Shown here: in pieces, positions 1 to 10,192 of the stretch
Layout of the letters: the number at the start of each line of letters is the position of its first letter
How positions within the stretch are numbered: the stretch's first letter is position 1
NCBI GenBank assembly: GCA_031316235.1
Contig: JALDRA010000001.1
Span: forward strand, 2,670,001 to 2,702,000
DNA length: 32,000 bases
Reading direction: 5' to 3'
From: Candidatus Scalindua sp.
GTDB lineage: Bacteria > Planctomycetota > Brocadiia > Brocadiales > Scalinduaceae
Notes under the pieces: model-generated
Told to the model about the DNA's origin: nothing
Database searches by the model: none
The model's input: only the letters and a program-made list of their open reading frames with translations
Made by a program: the position numbers and the translations under genes

Positions 1-39
1 AAATGCTGGAAGGTAGGTACATTAGTGGGTGATGTACAG

Positions 40-81
40 ATACCCTATACTACCCTTAAAAACGGGGTTAGTATAGGGTAT
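40..81. repeat. Perfect 13-bp inverted repeat / stem-loop (ATACCCTATACTA ... TAGTATAGGGTAT, 16-nt spacer)
   Basis: Read directly: 40-52 is the exact reverse complement of 69-81, and inner CCC/GGG can extend the stem. It lies about 30 nt upstream of the SD of ORF 129..353. No clear T-tract follows. Confidence 0.8.
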
Positions 82-128
82 CATAGAATAATTTTCAGGA
101 AAACTAACTCAAAAAGGAGGAGATAACG

Positions 129-353
129 ATGATTAATGAAATGGAAAAACAGAATTCTGTTTCCTGGCATAACCATGCTACTTTTGAAGAAATAGAAAAA
201 GTAAAAGGGGTAAATGTCATAGAATTTCAAAGATTATCTTCTGAATATGCAGATGATATCCGGCAAATCGACAAATCAAGATCTCCATCCGCCTTTATGG
301 TGTGCCATAATATAGGTGTTCAGGAATTTGACCTGTCATTAAAAATTTCATAG
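129..353 (+). CDS. Hypothetical small protein (74 aa), no recognisable family, no TM segment
   Basis: ATG preceded by a strong SD (AAAAGGAGGAG at 111-121). It ends 19 nt before murE on the same strand. I recognise no motif. Confidence 0.5.
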   Translation: MINEMEKQNSVSWHNHATFEEIEKVKGVNVIEFQRLSSEYADDIRQIDKSRSPSAFMVCHNIGVQEFDLSLKIS

Positions 354-372
354 TCAAGAATGTGGAACGCCG

Positions 373-1845
373 ATGAAATTAGGCAGATTGATTGAAAATT
401 TAGATTCAGAAGGGGTGTATAACTTTCAAAATCTTGAAATAGCCGGGCTGACACATGATTCACGTCGGGTGAAACCCGGATATATGTTTGTTGCAATTGA
501 AGGTCATAAAACAGATGGACACTATTTTATAGAAAAATCACTTGAACAGGGGACGGCAGCTATCGTCAGTGAAAAGATCTACTCCCCTCATACAAGAATA
601 CCACAAATTATCGTACGTAACTCAAGGAGAGCTCTTTCCCATTTAAGTTGTTGCTTTTACGAAAACCCGTCACAGAAAATCAATGTTACCGGGATAACAG
701 GGACAAATGGTAAGACGACAACGGCATTTCTTACGAAATCTATCATTGAATCAGAAGGATATGATACGGGTTTAATCGGTACAATCAGCTATCAAATTGG
801 AAAAAAGAAATTACCGGCACAGGAGACAACACCTGAATCTGTTGAACTCCAGCGGATTATTTCTGAAATGGTTGCCTCAAGACTGAAGTTTGTGGTGATG
901 GAGGTGTCTTCCCACTCTCTGGTTCAACACCGGGTGGAGGACATAAACTTTAAAGTTGCCGTTTTTACCAATATAAGTCCGGAACATCTTGATTATCACA
1001 AAACAATTACAAATTATATCGAAGCGAAAATAAAGTTATTCCAGGGACTCAAAAGCAGCTCTTTTGCAGTATTAAATGCTGATGATGAACAGAGCGGGTG
1101 CTTCGCAGATAATACCAAAGCTCAAATACTATGGTTTGGAATAGAAAAAAGTGCCGACATAGAAGCGAGAATCTGTCATGAAACGATGGAGACTACTGTT
1201 GTGCAGTTGACATATGCAGGGACGAAAGCAGAAATTTTTATACCCCTCATAGGTCTGCATAATGTGTATAATGTACTTGCCTCGGCCTCGGCAGCAATAG
1301 CGCTGGGATTTGATTTAAAAGCGGTAAAAAAGGGAATTGAAGCCGTGCCGGTAATACCCGGAAGATTAGAGAATGTGCCGTGTAAAAAAGGTTTTACTGT
1401 CTTCATAGATTTTGCCCACACTCCCCATGCGCTTGAGGTAGTCTTGTGTACACTGAAAAAATTGACATCAGGGAGGTTAATTCTTGTTTTTGGTTGCGGC
1501 GGTGACAGGGATAGGAATAAAAGGGCTGAAATGGGAAGAATTGCCGATCTGAACTCGGATATTTTCTGGATAACGAATGATAATCCACGTTCAGAGAATC
1601 CAGAAAAAATAATTGATGATATCCAGGCCGGCATTAGACCGGGAAGGACCTTTCACGTCCAGCAAGATAGACAGCGTGCAATACAGGCTGCAATCTCTGA
1701 AGCAGAAATAAGTGATATTGTGCTGGTTGCTGGAAAAGGTCACGAGAAATGTCAGATATTGAAAGACAGAGTGATACCTTTTGATGATAAGGATGTTATC
1801 AAAACGATCATATCGGGTGATGAATCAGGAAATATTTATGGATAG
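373..1845 (+). CDS. murE: UDP-N-acetylmuramoyl-L-alanyl-D-glutamate--2,6-diaminopimelate ligase
   Basis: Mur-ligase P-loop GITGTNGKTTT, DNPR motif (WITNDNPRSE) typical of meso-DAP-adding MurE, and AGKGHE near the C-terminus. First gene of the dcw array. Confidence 0.93.
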   Translation: MKLGRLIENLDSEGVYNFQNLEIAGLTHDSRRVKPGYMFVAIEGHKTDGHYFIEKSLEQGTAAIVSEKIYSPHTRIPQIIVRNSRRALSHLSCCFYENPSQKINVTGITGTNGKTTTAFLTKSIIESEGYDTGLIGTISYQIGKKKLPAQETTPESVELQRIISEMVASRLKFVVMEVSSHSLVQHRVEDINFKVAVFTNISPEHLDYHKTITNYIEAKIKLFQGLKSSSFAVLNADDEQSGCFADNTKAQILWFGIEKSADIEARICHETMETTVVQLTYAGTKAEIFIPLIGLHNVYNVLASASAAIALGFDLKAVKKGIEAVPVIPGRLENVPCKKGFTVFIDFAHTPHALEVVLCTLKKLTSGRLILVFGCGGDRDRNKRAEMGRIADLNSDIFWITNDNPRSENPEKIIDDIQAGIRPGRTFHVQQDRQRAIQAAISEAEISDIVLVAGKGHEKCQILKDRVIPFDDKDVIKTIISGDESGNIYG

Positions 1846-3238
1846 ATTAGCTCTTGCTGATGTTCTTTCGGCTACAGGGGGGAAATTTCTCAGCGGGAGG
1901 AAACAATCATATGTTACAGGCGTTTCAACGGACACGAGGTCAACAGCAGAGGGTGAGATATTTTTTGCCATAAACGGTGAGAATCATGATGGGCACGCTT
2001 TTGTAAGTCAGGCGATAGATAAAGGTGCAGTTGGTGCTGTAATTTCGAACATGAACGGAATTGCTGATCTATTACGAGGGAAACAAGGCACATGCAGCTT
2101 GATAAAGGTAGAAGATACCCGAAAAGCCCTGGGAGATCTTGCAAGGTTCTATCGTAAAAACTTACCTGGCAGATTTATTGCCATAACCGGAAGCAATGGA
2201 AAAACGACAACAAAGGATATGGTATATCATCTCCTGAGAAATTTCAAAAAAGTAACGAGATCAAAAAACAGTTTCAATAATGACATAGGTGTTCCCCTGA
2301 CGATATTTGAAACCAGCAGTTCCCATGATTTTGGTGTTATCGAAATGGGGACAAATGCCCCGGGTGAGATAAAACGGCTGTCTGAAATTATCTCTCCGGA
2401 TTATACTATATTGACCAATATATCCCATACCCATCTTGAGGGATTGGGAGATATTAAGGGTGTAGCGGATGCAAAGGCAGAATTTATTGAAAACATGGAT
2501 GAAAAGGGGACCCTGATTACAAATACAGACGACAACTGGTGCAGACAGATTTCAAGACGTTTTTGCGGTAAGGTTGTCGGGTACGGTTTTGGCGAGGACG
2601 CACTCATCAGGGCATCGAATGTCAAGCGAAATGAATCCGGTTTTGAATTCACGGTAAATGACTCATTTCCTGTTGCGGTAAAAATAATGGGAAAGCATAA
2701 CATCTATAATGCCCTGGCAGCTATTGCCCTCTGTTTTTCCATTGGTATCCCTTTAGAGGAGCTATGCGACAAGTTCGAGGGCTTTACTCCTCCACCAATG
2801 CGGATGGAAAAACAGATTTACGGTGATATTGTTATTATTAATGACGGATATAACTCAAGTCCCTTGTCGATGTTGGTTGCAATCGAGGAATTTGCGCAAT
2901 TGCAGGTTCCGGGAAGACGGGTACTTGTGTGTGGTGATATGCTGGAGCTTGGGGAAAAATCAGAGGAGCTGCACAGAGAAATAGGCGAGAAGGTTGCACA
3001 ATCTCATATCGATAATCTCTGGACAATCGGGCCCTATTCAAGATTAATAGCGCAAGAGGCCATTATCAAGGGTATGGCGAGAGAAAATATTCAAAGTTGT
3101 GAAAACTCAGAAGAAATGTGTTCTCTTGTTGCCTCTCTGATAAGGAAGAATGACACCGTACTCATAAAAGGTTCGAGAAAAATGAAACTGGAGGCGGTTT
3201 CACACCAAATCGAGCAATTTTCTCAGAGTAAGAAGTAA
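1838..3238 (+). CDS. murF: UDP-N-acetylmuramoyl-tripeptide--D-alanyl-D-alanine ligase
   Basis: P-loop GSNGKTTTKDM, NDGYNSSPLSM (Mur ligase C-domain motif) and KGSRKMKLE near the end. I prefer ATG 1838 (MDRLALADV...), which overlaps the murE stop (1843-1845) by 8 nt. The track ORF starts at 1781. Confidence 0.9.
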   Translation: MDRLALADVLSATGGKFLSGRKQSYVTGVSTDTRSTAEGEIFFAINGENHDGHAFVSQAIDKGAVGAVISNMNGIADLLRGKQGTCSLIKVEDTRKALGDLARFYRKNLPGRFIAITGSNGKTTTKDMVYHLLRNFKKVTRSKNSFNNDIGVPLTIFETSSSHDFGVIEMGTNAPGEIKRLSEIISPDYTILTNISHTHLEGLGDIKGVADAKAEFIENMDEKGTLITNTDDNWCRQISRRFCGKVVGYGFGEDALIRASNVKRNESGFEFTVNDSFPVAVKIMGKHNIYNALAAIALCFSIGIPLEELCDKFEGFTPPPMRMEKQIYGDIVIINDGYNSSPLSMLVAIEEFAQLQVPGRRVLVCGDMLELGEKSEELHREIGEKVAQSHIDNLWTIGPYSRLIAQEAIIKGMARENIQSCENSEEMCSLVASLIRKNDTVLIKGSRKMKLEAVSHQIEQFSQSKK

Positions 3239-3329
3239 AGGCTTCTCAGAATTTTTTATTATTTGTGTTGTTCAAAAAGTCGTATTTCATGAAGGCGTTA
3301 TCTGTTGTGAAACATCTGGAGAAGGTTCT

Positions 3330-4424
3330 GTGCTATACAGTTGGGTTTATTATCTACACAACCATTTTTCTGAACTTGAAATAATAAAGTACATATCATT
3401 CCGGGCCGGTCTTGCCGCCTTTACCGCTTTTTTAATCAGCGTGTTTATCGGGGGCAAGATAATAAAAATGCTGAAAAAGTATAAGGTCTCAGAAGATACG
3501 ACAAAAACAGATTCTGTGAGATTAAGAGAACTGCATAGTGACAAAAAAAACATCCCTACAATGGGAGGTGTTATTATGCTGATATCGATAATCGGCTCTA
3601 CTCTGCTCTGGTGTGACCTGGTAAATATTTATATAAGAATTGTATTATTTGCAACCGTGTGGCTTGGTGCTGTGGGTTTTGTTGATGACTATATTAAATT
3701 GAAGCACAAAGATGCTTCCGGCATGTCAGGCAGATCTAAACTTATCTTTCAATGCGGTCTGGGACTTATTCTCGGTATTGTATTGTATTTTCATTTCAAG
3801 AATATTGATGACGGCACAAAACTGATCATACCATTTTTCAAAGGGCTTAAGCCCGAACTGGGGGCATTTTATGTGTTAATGGTGATGTTCTTTGTAGTAG
3901 GGATGTCAAATGCTGTCAACATTACCGATGGTCTTGACGGGCTGGCTATTGGATGCGTTGTAATTGCAGGACTTGTGATTACCCTGGTGGCGTATGTTGT
4001 AGGGAGGGTTGACTTCAGTAGTTATCTGCAGGTGCCTTATATCCCCGGGTGCGGAGAATTAAGTATCCTGTGTGCAGCGTTGGTTGGTGCCGGATTGGGT
4101 TTTATGTGGTTTAATTGTTTTCCGGCACAAGCCTTTATGGGGGATACGGGCTCACTTCCATTGGGTGGCATACTGGGTATAGTTGCCATAATTGTAAAAC
4201 TTGAGCTCTTTGTTTTTTTTATTTACAGTATTTTTATTGTAGAAGCACTTTCAGTGGTATTGCAGGTAGGGATATACAAGATCTGGAAAAAAAGGGTCTT
4301 TCTCTGTGCACCGTTACACCATCATTTTCAGTTTAAGGGATGGCCGGAAACAAAGATCACGGCAAGATTTTTTATTATTGCCGCAATAATGGCACTCTTG
4401 AGCTTGATTACTATAAAATTATGA
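3330..4424 (+). CDS. mraY: Phospho-N-acetylmuramoyl-pentapeptide transferase
   Basis: Polytopic membrane protein with MraY motifs NAVNITDGLDGLA, GDTGSLPLGG and APLHHHF. GTG start at 3330 preceded by GGAGAAGG. Confidence 0.92.
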   Translation: MLYSWVYYLHNHFSELEIIKYISFRAGLAAFTAFLISVFIGGKIIKMLKKYKVSEDTTKTDSVRLRELHSDKKNIPTMGGVIMLISIIGSTLLWCDLVNIYIRIVLFATVWLGAVGFVDDYIKLKHKDASGMSGRSKLIFQCGLGLILGIVLYFHFKNIDDGTKLIIPFFKGLKPELGAFYVLMVMFFVVGMSNAVNITDGLDGLAIGCVVIAGLVITLVAYVVGRVDFSSYLQVPYIPGCGELSILCAALVGAGLGFMWFNCFPAQAFMGDTGSLPLGGILGIVAIIVKLELFVFFIYSIFIVEALSVVLQVGIYKIWKKRVFLCAPLHHHFQFKGWPETKITARFFIIAAIMALLSLITIKL

Positions 4425-5563
4425 AAGCCATCAAAAGTCAAGCAGTTGTACCATATACAGAAAATCGTGCCCTGGAACCGGTTAACGTTATCTTATACCT
4501 TATTACGACGCTGCTTGTAGTGGGGATAATTATGGTGTACAGTACGAGTTCGGCAAAACTTATAAAAGGCGGTGATGCCCAGAATCTCGTCTTCATGAAG
4601 CATGTTTTGTGGGTAATCTTTGCTTTTCTGGGTATGTTAATCATGATGAGGGTAGATTATCATTTCTGGCAGAACTATAGCACCGTAATCCTCGGAATTT
4701 CCGTAGTCTGCCTTGTCGCCGTATTAATTCCAGGAGTGGGATCAGTTATTAATGGTGCCCGCAGGTGGATACGATTTGGTTCCTATTTTGGTGTCCAGCC
4801 ATCTGAGTTTGTAAAACTTGCAATGATCATATTTGTTTCAAGTTATATAGCAAAAAACCAGGGCAGTATGTCGGATTTTGTTAAAGGTTTTGTTCTCCCT
4901 CTTGTGATAATTGGCGGTGTCTCACTGCTTGTCCTTGTTGAACCGGATTTCGGTACAACGTTATTCATCATGTTTGTCTCACTGATACTTGTGATTGTCG
5001 GAGGAACGAGAATTGTCTACTTTGTTTTCACCTTGATGGCCGCGGTCCCATTTATTTATGAAAGTATATATAAAATTAAACCTTACCAGATGAAAAGAAT
5101 CCTGGTTTTTCTTGATCCCTGGAGAGACCCCCAGGGAGATGGCTATCAAATAGTACAATCATGGATTACCCTTGGATCAGGCGGGATCTCTGGTTTGGGG
5201 TTAGGCGAAGGGAGACAGAAATTGTTTTTTTTACCTGTCAGTAGCAGTGATTTTATCTTCTCTATAATAGGCGAGGAGTTTGGATTCATCGGCACTTCAA
5301 GCATTATCATCATGTTTGGCTTGTTGGCATGGTATGGGATCAGGGTCAGTAAGCAGGCTCCGGATATGTTTGGTTCTCTGCTTGCTTTAGGAATAACCCT
5401 CACGATCGCTTTACAATCAGCCATGAATATTGCTGTTGTTACCGGGGCAATACCGACAACGGGTATTCCTCTTCCATTCATCAGTACCGGGGGTTCATCA
5501 CTGTTTTTATCGTTATTGGGGATGGGTATGCTCTTAAGTATTGCAAAACAATCAAGAACTTAG
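4421..5563 (+). CDS. ftsW: SEDS-family peptidoglycan glycosyltransferase / lipid II flippase FtsW (FtsW/RodA/SpoVE)
   Basis: Multi-TM protein with EPDFGT, WITLGSGGISGLGLGEG, SDFIFSIIGEEFGF and PLPFISTGGSS. ATG 4421 overlaps the mraY stop in an ATGA junction. The track ORF starts at 4340 inside mraY. Confidence 0.88.
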   Translation: MKAIKSQAVVPYTENRALEPVNVILYLITTLLVVGIIMVYSTSSAKLIKGGDAQNLVFMKHVLWVIFAFLGMLIMMRVDYHFWQNYSTVILGISVVCLVAVLIPGVGSVINGARRWIRFGSYFGVQPSEFVKLAMIIFVSSYIAKNQGSMSDFVKGFVLPLVIIGGVSLLVLVEPDFGTTLFIMFVSLILVIVGGTRIVYFVFTLMAAVPFIYESIYKIKPYQMKRILVFLDPWRDPQGDGYQIVQSWITLGSGGISGLGLGEGRQKLFFLPVSSSDFIFSIIGEEFGFIGTSSIIIMFGLLAWYGIRVSKQAPDMFGSLLALGITLTIALQSAMNIAVVTGAIPTTGIPLPFISTGGSSLFLSLLGMGMLLSIAKQSRT

Positions 5564-5576
5564 CAATAACCTTCCA

Positions 5577-6782
5577 ATGAGAACAGGGGAAAAAGAGTCT
5601 TCTTTTTTGAAAGTGATCTTCGCCGGTGGCGGTACCGGCGGTCATTTAATGGCGGGGATAAGTATTGCGGAGGAAATATCCTCTCAGTTTCCTGATGCAG
5701 GTATTGTATTTTTTTGTACTGATTTGAAGAGAGAGGCCGGATACCTGGAAAAGAGCGGATACCGGATAAAACAGATCAGAGCACGGAAACTCACATCTTT
5801 GCGTCACGTACCAGCATTCCTCTTCGTTTCTACCATTGGGCTTGTCTCTTCCTTCATCCATATTGCAGCGATTCGGCCTGATATGGTTGTCGGCCTGGGA
5901 GGGTATGGATCGGTCTTACCGGTTGTTGCTGCATATTTCTGCAGAGTTCCAATTGTCCTGATAGAACAGAATAGTATTCCCGGCAGAGCTAATCGAATGC
6001 TGGCAGGAGGAGTGGATGCGATTTTATGTCATTGGGAGAAAACGGCAAAGTTGTTTAAAAAGTCAAAATCAATACATGTTACCGGTATTCCCGTACGGAA
6101 AGATATCATAGGAAATACATCTGAGAAGGAGTACGAAAAATTCGGTTTTGTCAGTCAGGGAAAGATTTTACTTATTATGGGCGGCAGTCAGGGGGCACAA
6201 ACAATAAACAGGGTTTTAGTGCAGTGCCTGCCAGAACTAAAAAAAATGATTCCGGAGTTGCAAATTATTCATTTAACAGGTAAGCTTGGATTCTGTGAGG
6301 TGAAAAGGGTGTATGACAAAATGGGGATTCGGGCCTTTGTGTCGGAGTACTTTGAAGACATCGGCCTCATCTACAGGATAACTGACCTGATAATAAGCCG
6401 TTCCGGGGCAAATACTGTTGCGGAAATTGCTGAAGTTGGAATTCCCGCAATCCTGATACCATATCCTTATGCTACTGATAACCATCAGTATTGGAATGCA
6501 CACGAACTTTCCCGGAACGGGGGTGCCATAATCATAGAACAAAAAGAGCTGAATCCGGAGATGATAACAGAAATAATAGTTCGTTTACTTGCAGACAGGG
6601 AAAGATTGCATGAGATGAAAGCTCTTAGTAAAAAACAGAGCAAGCCTTTTGCTGCTGAAAGGGTTGTTGAGGGAATTCTCCAGACACTGGCGGGAAAGAA
6701 ACAGGGGGCAGGTCTAATTTTATCAGAGCGAAACAGAAAACGAAAAGAAAATGAATCTTACAACACAAGACACTTATCATAA
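5577..6782 (+). CDS. murG: UDP-N-acetylglucosamine--N-acetylmuramyl-(pentapeptide)-PP-undecaprenol GlcNAc transferase
   Basis: N-terminal GGGTGGH, GGSQGA and SRSGANTVAE motifs of glycosyltransferase family 28. Start is uncertain: ATG 5577, or TTG 5541 overlapping ftsW. Basic C-terminal tail of about 30 aa. Confidence 0.88.
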   Translation: MRTGEKESSFLKVIFAGGGTGGHLMAGISIAEEISSQFPDAGIVFFCTDLKREAGYLEKSGYRIKQIRARKLTSLRHVPAFLFVSTIGLVSSFIHIAAIRPDMVVGLGGYGSVLPVVAAYFCRVPIVLIEQNSIPGRANRMLAGGVDAILCHWEKTAKLFKKSKSIHVTGIPVRKDIIGNTSEKEYEKFGFVSQGKILLIMGGSQGAQTINRVLVQCLPELKKMIPELQIIHLTGKLGFCEVKRVYDKMGIRAFVSEYFEDIGLIYRITDLIISRSGANTVAEIAEVGIPAILIPYPYATDNHQYWNAHELSRNGGAIIIEQKELNPEMITEIIVRLLADRERLHEMKALSKKQSKPFAAERVVEGILQTLAGKKQGAGLILSERNRKRKENESYNTRHLS

Positions 6783-8349
6783 ATCACAGAATCAGCATTA
6801 CCAAAACCTTCTTCATTATGATCGTGAACAGGAGAAAAATGTCTATTTTATAGGAATCGGTGGTGTGGGTATGAGTGCAATTGCGAAGATATTGATGGAT
6901 GAGGGGTGCATCGTGTCTGGTTCGGATCCGGAATGTACACCCATTACGCATAACCTGAGGGAGAAGGGTGCAAAGATTTATACGAAACAGGATGGTAACA
7001 GCCTGGATCACTATACAAATCTGGTTATAGCTTCTGCGGCGATAAATGAAAGTAATCCGGACCTTGTCAAGGCAAGGAAATTAGGGCTGAAGGTGGTCAA
7101 ATACTCTGAATTTCTGGGCTCATTAATGAAGGATAGACGGGGCATTGCGGTGAGCGGTACACATGGTAAGACTACCACAAGCGCCATGATATCAACAATT
7201 CTCAAGAAGTCTGGTCATGAACCTACATTTGTAGTGGGGGGTGATATTGTAGAGATAGGAGGTGGTTCCTGTGTTGGAAAGGGAACTCTTTTTGTTGCGG
7301 AGGCGTGTGAATATGATAAGACATTCCTGAACCTGTCTCCACAAATTGGAGTTATTACGAACATTGATGAAGACCACCTGGATTACTATAAAGACATAAG
7401 GGGTATAACAGATGCCTTTTCGGAATTTGCCTCCCTGATACCTGCAGATGGAATACTGGTTGTAGATGGCGAGGATGAGAATATAAAGACGGCTATTAAA
7501 AATGCAGGATGCCGGATCTCCCGGTACTCAGTAGTTTCCGCGCGGGTTAATACACAAATGGCTGATGTGCCGGACTCTTTTTCGTTTTGTACGATACCAG
7601 GCGTCATCATGGACGAATCAGCTGGTGGCATGCAGGGTAAATCAGAGTCGAAATGGCTGGCAGTTGTGTACAGTTTTGATAAGACTGAGAGTGTTTTCAG
7701 CGTATATAATGAGAGTGGGTTTTTTGGTAATTTTTCTCTTCAGGTACCCGGGATACATAATGTAAAAAATGCACTTGCAGCAATTACTGTCTGCAGCCAC
7801 ATTGGTTTACAGGCCGAAGTTATCCAGAAGGCATTCCAATCCTTCAAGGGTGTCAGCCGGCGATTTGAAATCATCAGCAATGAAGACGGTATTACCATAA
7901 TTGATGATTATGCCCACCATCCTACCGAAATAAGAACGACATTAGAAACGGTTAGAGCTGTCTATCCTTCACAACAGGTTACGTGTGTGTTTCAACCTCA
8001 CCAGTATAACCGTACAAGATTTTTCTTAAAAGAGTTTGCTGCGTCACTCAGCCTTGCCGATCGGGTAATCCTGACCGATATTTATGCAGCAAGAGATTCC
8101 GGTATTGATAAGGCCTCTGTCAGTTCATTGGATCTTGTACGTGAATTGCTCGAAATGGGTGGTAACGTTCAGTATATGAAAAGCATCTCAGAGATTGTAA
8201 ATGAATTACCCATTAACGCAAAAACAGGGGATATTATTTTGACGATGGGAGCGGGGGATATCTGGAAAGCCGCTTATGGTCTGAGGGATTTTTTCAAAAA
8301 GAAACATGATAACCCGAACGAAGGCAGACGACAGCTTATTTCAACGTGA
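6751..8349 (+). CDS. murC: UDP-N-acetylmuramate--L-alanine ligase
   Basis: FIGIGGVGMS N-terminal fold motif, P-loop GTHGKTTTSAM, DDYAHHPTE. Overlaps the murG end by 32 nt. Carries an internal extra segment (see findings). Confidence 0.9.
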   Translation: MNLTTQDTYHKSQNQHYQNLLHYDREQEKNVYFIGIGGVGMSAIAKILMDEGCIVSGSDPECTPITHNLREKGAKIYTKQDGNSLDHYTNLVIASAAINESNPDLVKARKLGLKVVKYSEFLGSLMKDRRGIAVSGTHGKTTTSAMISTILKKSGHEPTFVVGGDIVEIGGGSCVGKGTLFVAEACEYDKTFLNLSPQIGVITNIDEDHLDYYKDIRGITDAFSEFASLIPADGILVVDGEDENIKTAIKNAGCRISRYSVVSARVNTQMADVPDSFSFCTIPGVIMDESAGGMQGKSESKWLAVVYSFDKTESVFSVYNESGFFGNFSLQVPGIHNVKNALAAITVCSHIGLQAEVIQKAFQSFKGVSRRFEIISNEDGITIIDDYAHHPTEIRTTLETVRAVYPSQQVTCVFQPHQYNRTRFFLKEFAASLSLADRVILTDIYAARDSGIDKASVSSLDLVRELLEMGGNVQYMKSISEIVNELPINAKTGDIILTMGAGDIWKAAYGLRDFFKKKHDNPNEGRRQLIST

Positions 8350-9187
8350 TGTTTCTCTGCGAAAATATACTTCTTTCAGAACGGGAGGAGCTGCTGAGTT
8401 TTTTGTAGAGCCGGAGAGTGTATCAGAGCTGATGAAGGTGCTCCGGTTTTGCAAGAGAGAGAAAAAAAAGATTTTTATACTCGGTAACGGAAGTAACATT
8501 CTTGTTCATGATGACGGTGTTGAAGGTGTGGTCATTTATCTGGGAGGGAATTGCTTTAAACAGTTACATAGATACGGGTTGCGTGTTTGTTCCGGAGCGG
8601 GAGTGAGTCTTGTCGGACTGCTGAGGAAAGCAGCCGGGTGGGGTCTGGGCGGTTTAAGCAGCCTGGCTGGGATTCCGGGGAGTGTTGGCGGGGCTGTAGT
8701 AATGAATGCCGGTGGGAAATACGGCAGTATCAGCGAAAATATCAACTCGGTAACAACGGTCACCTTTCATGGCGAAATAAAAAAGCTGGAACGTAAAGAG
8801 ATCGGCTTTCAATACCGTGGATGCGGCCTCCGGGAAGAGATAGTTATTGAGGTGGAATTTCTGCTGAGAGAATCCGAAAAAGAGAGAACCTTTGAAGAAA
8901 TGAACACTATTTATAAAGAGAAGAGAGAAAGTCAACCTCTGGGAACGTTAAATGCCGGTTGTATTTTTAAAAACCCTCAAGGCTTCAAGGCTGCTGAACT
9001 TATTGATAAAGCGGGTCTGAAAGGGGTAAAAGTTGGCGGCGCCATAGTCTCACCAAAACATGCAAATTTTATTATTAATAGTGGAGATGCTACCAGTAAT
9101 GATATATTGGAGCTCATACAAGTGATAAGAAATAGTGTCAGAAAAAAATATAATGTTATATTAGAGACCGAACTGCATATTTGGTAA
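8306..9187 (+). CDS. murB: UDP-N-acetylenolpyruvoylglucosamine reductase
   Basis: FAD-binding PCMH-type motifs YTSFRTGGAAEFF, ILGNGSN and AGIPGSVGGAVVMNAGG, then C-terminal AGCIFKNP. Overlaps the murC end by 44 nt. Confidence 0.9.
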   Translation: MITRTKADDSLFQRDVSLRKYTSFRTGGAAEFFVEPESVSELMKVLRFCKREKKKIFILGNGSNILVHDDGVEGVVIYLGGNCFKQLHRYGLRVCSGAGVSLVGLLRKAAGWGLGGLSSLAGIPGSVGGAVVMNAGGKYGSISENINSVTTVTFHGEIKKLERKEIGFQYRGCGLREEIVIEVEFLLRESEKERTFEEMNTIYKEKRESQPLGTLNAGCIFKNPQGFKAAELIDKAGLKGVKVGGAIVSPKHANFIINSGDATSNDILELIQVIRNSVRKKYNVILETELHIW

Positions 9188-9217
9188 AAAAGGTTCTTTA
9201 CAAAGGTGAGAGCAGGA

Positions 9218-10192
9218 ATGGCTGACAAGAAAATAATAGCGGTATTAATGGGAGGTGTATCTCCAGAAAGGGAGATTTCTCTCCTCTCTGGTCAGGCAGT
9301 CTCGCATGCCCTCAGGAAGGCCAATCACAAGGTCGTTGAGATAGTCGTAAACGACTGTTTAGTTAACGAAATTGATGATCATGAGGTAGATGTGGCATTC
9401 ATTGCTCTTCACGGTTGTTTTGGCGAGGATGGGGGAATACAGGAAGTTTTAGAATCAAAGCAGATTCCCTACACGGGCTCGGGAGTTGGTGCGAGCAGGC
9501 TTGCCATAGACAAGGTGAAATCAAAGGATGTCTTTAAAAGGGAGAATATTCCAACTCCCGATTATTGTGCTGTATCAATGAAGCTCAGTATGTCAGAAAT
9601 TATCGAGAGTGTTGAAAAAGTAACATTGCCTGTTGTTGTCAAGCCGACAGGAGCCGGTTCAAGTGTCGGCATATCCATGATAGGGACATATGATGAATTG
9701 TGTGAGGGAGTGGCTTATTCTCGTTTATATGGCGGGCAGGTTCTTGTTGAAAAATTTATTGAGGGTCGGGAATTGACGGTTGGTATACTCAACGATCTGC
9801 CTTTACCGGTAATTGAAATAAAAACTGCATCACTCTTTTATGACTATGATGCGAAATATAGAGATAAGAGAACTCAGTACATTATCTTGAAATCAGCCGA
9901 TAGAGCAGGTGAGAGATCGTTGCCTCACTCTACTTATACCAGGGTGCAGGAGCTGGCAATGGAGGCGCACAAAAGCCTTGGCTGCCGAGATTTTTCCCGT
10001 GTAGACCTTATCCTGGGCAAGGGGGGAGAAATATACGTTCTTGAGGTGAATACAATCCCTGGATTTACCGAGAGAAGCCTGTTCCCGAAAGCAGCCGGTG
10101 CACAAAATATTGATTTTATCGAGTTGTGTAATACGATTGTGAGAAATGCATTAAAACCCGCCATGAAAGACCTCTCGGCTGTGTGTCCGTAA
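9218..10192 (+). CDS. ddl: D-alanine--D-alanine ligase
   Basis: ATP-grasp enzyme with IAVLMGGVSPEREISLLSG, ALHGCFGEDGGIQ and EVNTIPGFT. ATG 9218 is preferred over the in-frame GTG 9206 used by the track. Confidence 0.9.
   Translation: MADKKIIAVLMGGVSPEREISLLSGQAVSHALRKANHKVVEIVVNDCLVNEIDDHEVDVAFIALHGCFGEDGGIQEVLESKQIPYTGSGVGASRLAIDKVKSKDVFKRENIPTPDYCAVSMKLSMSEIIESVEKVTLPVVVKPTGAGSSVGISMIGTYDELCEGVAYSRLYGGQVLVEKFIEGRELTVGILNDLPLPVIEIKTASLFYDYDAKYRDKRTQYIILKSADRAGERSLPHSTYTRVQELAMEAHKSLGCRDFSRVDLILGKGGEIYVLEVNTIPGFTERSLFPKAAGAQNIDFIELCNTIVRNALKPAMKDLSAVCP

Noticed and set aside
1176-1634. 152-aa minus-strand ORF inside murE, plus the many similar antisense or out-of-frame ORFs in the track (e.g. 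2401..2703, 5146..5481, 8654..8935, 9934..10227, 13038..13292, 16141..16476, 18452..18856, 23862..24239, 29538..30062, 30050..30448, 31090..31386).
   Set aside because: Each lies wholly within a confidently recognised gene on the other strand or frame. They have no SD or recognisable motifs and show low-complexity, odd composition. I treat them as shadow ORFs.
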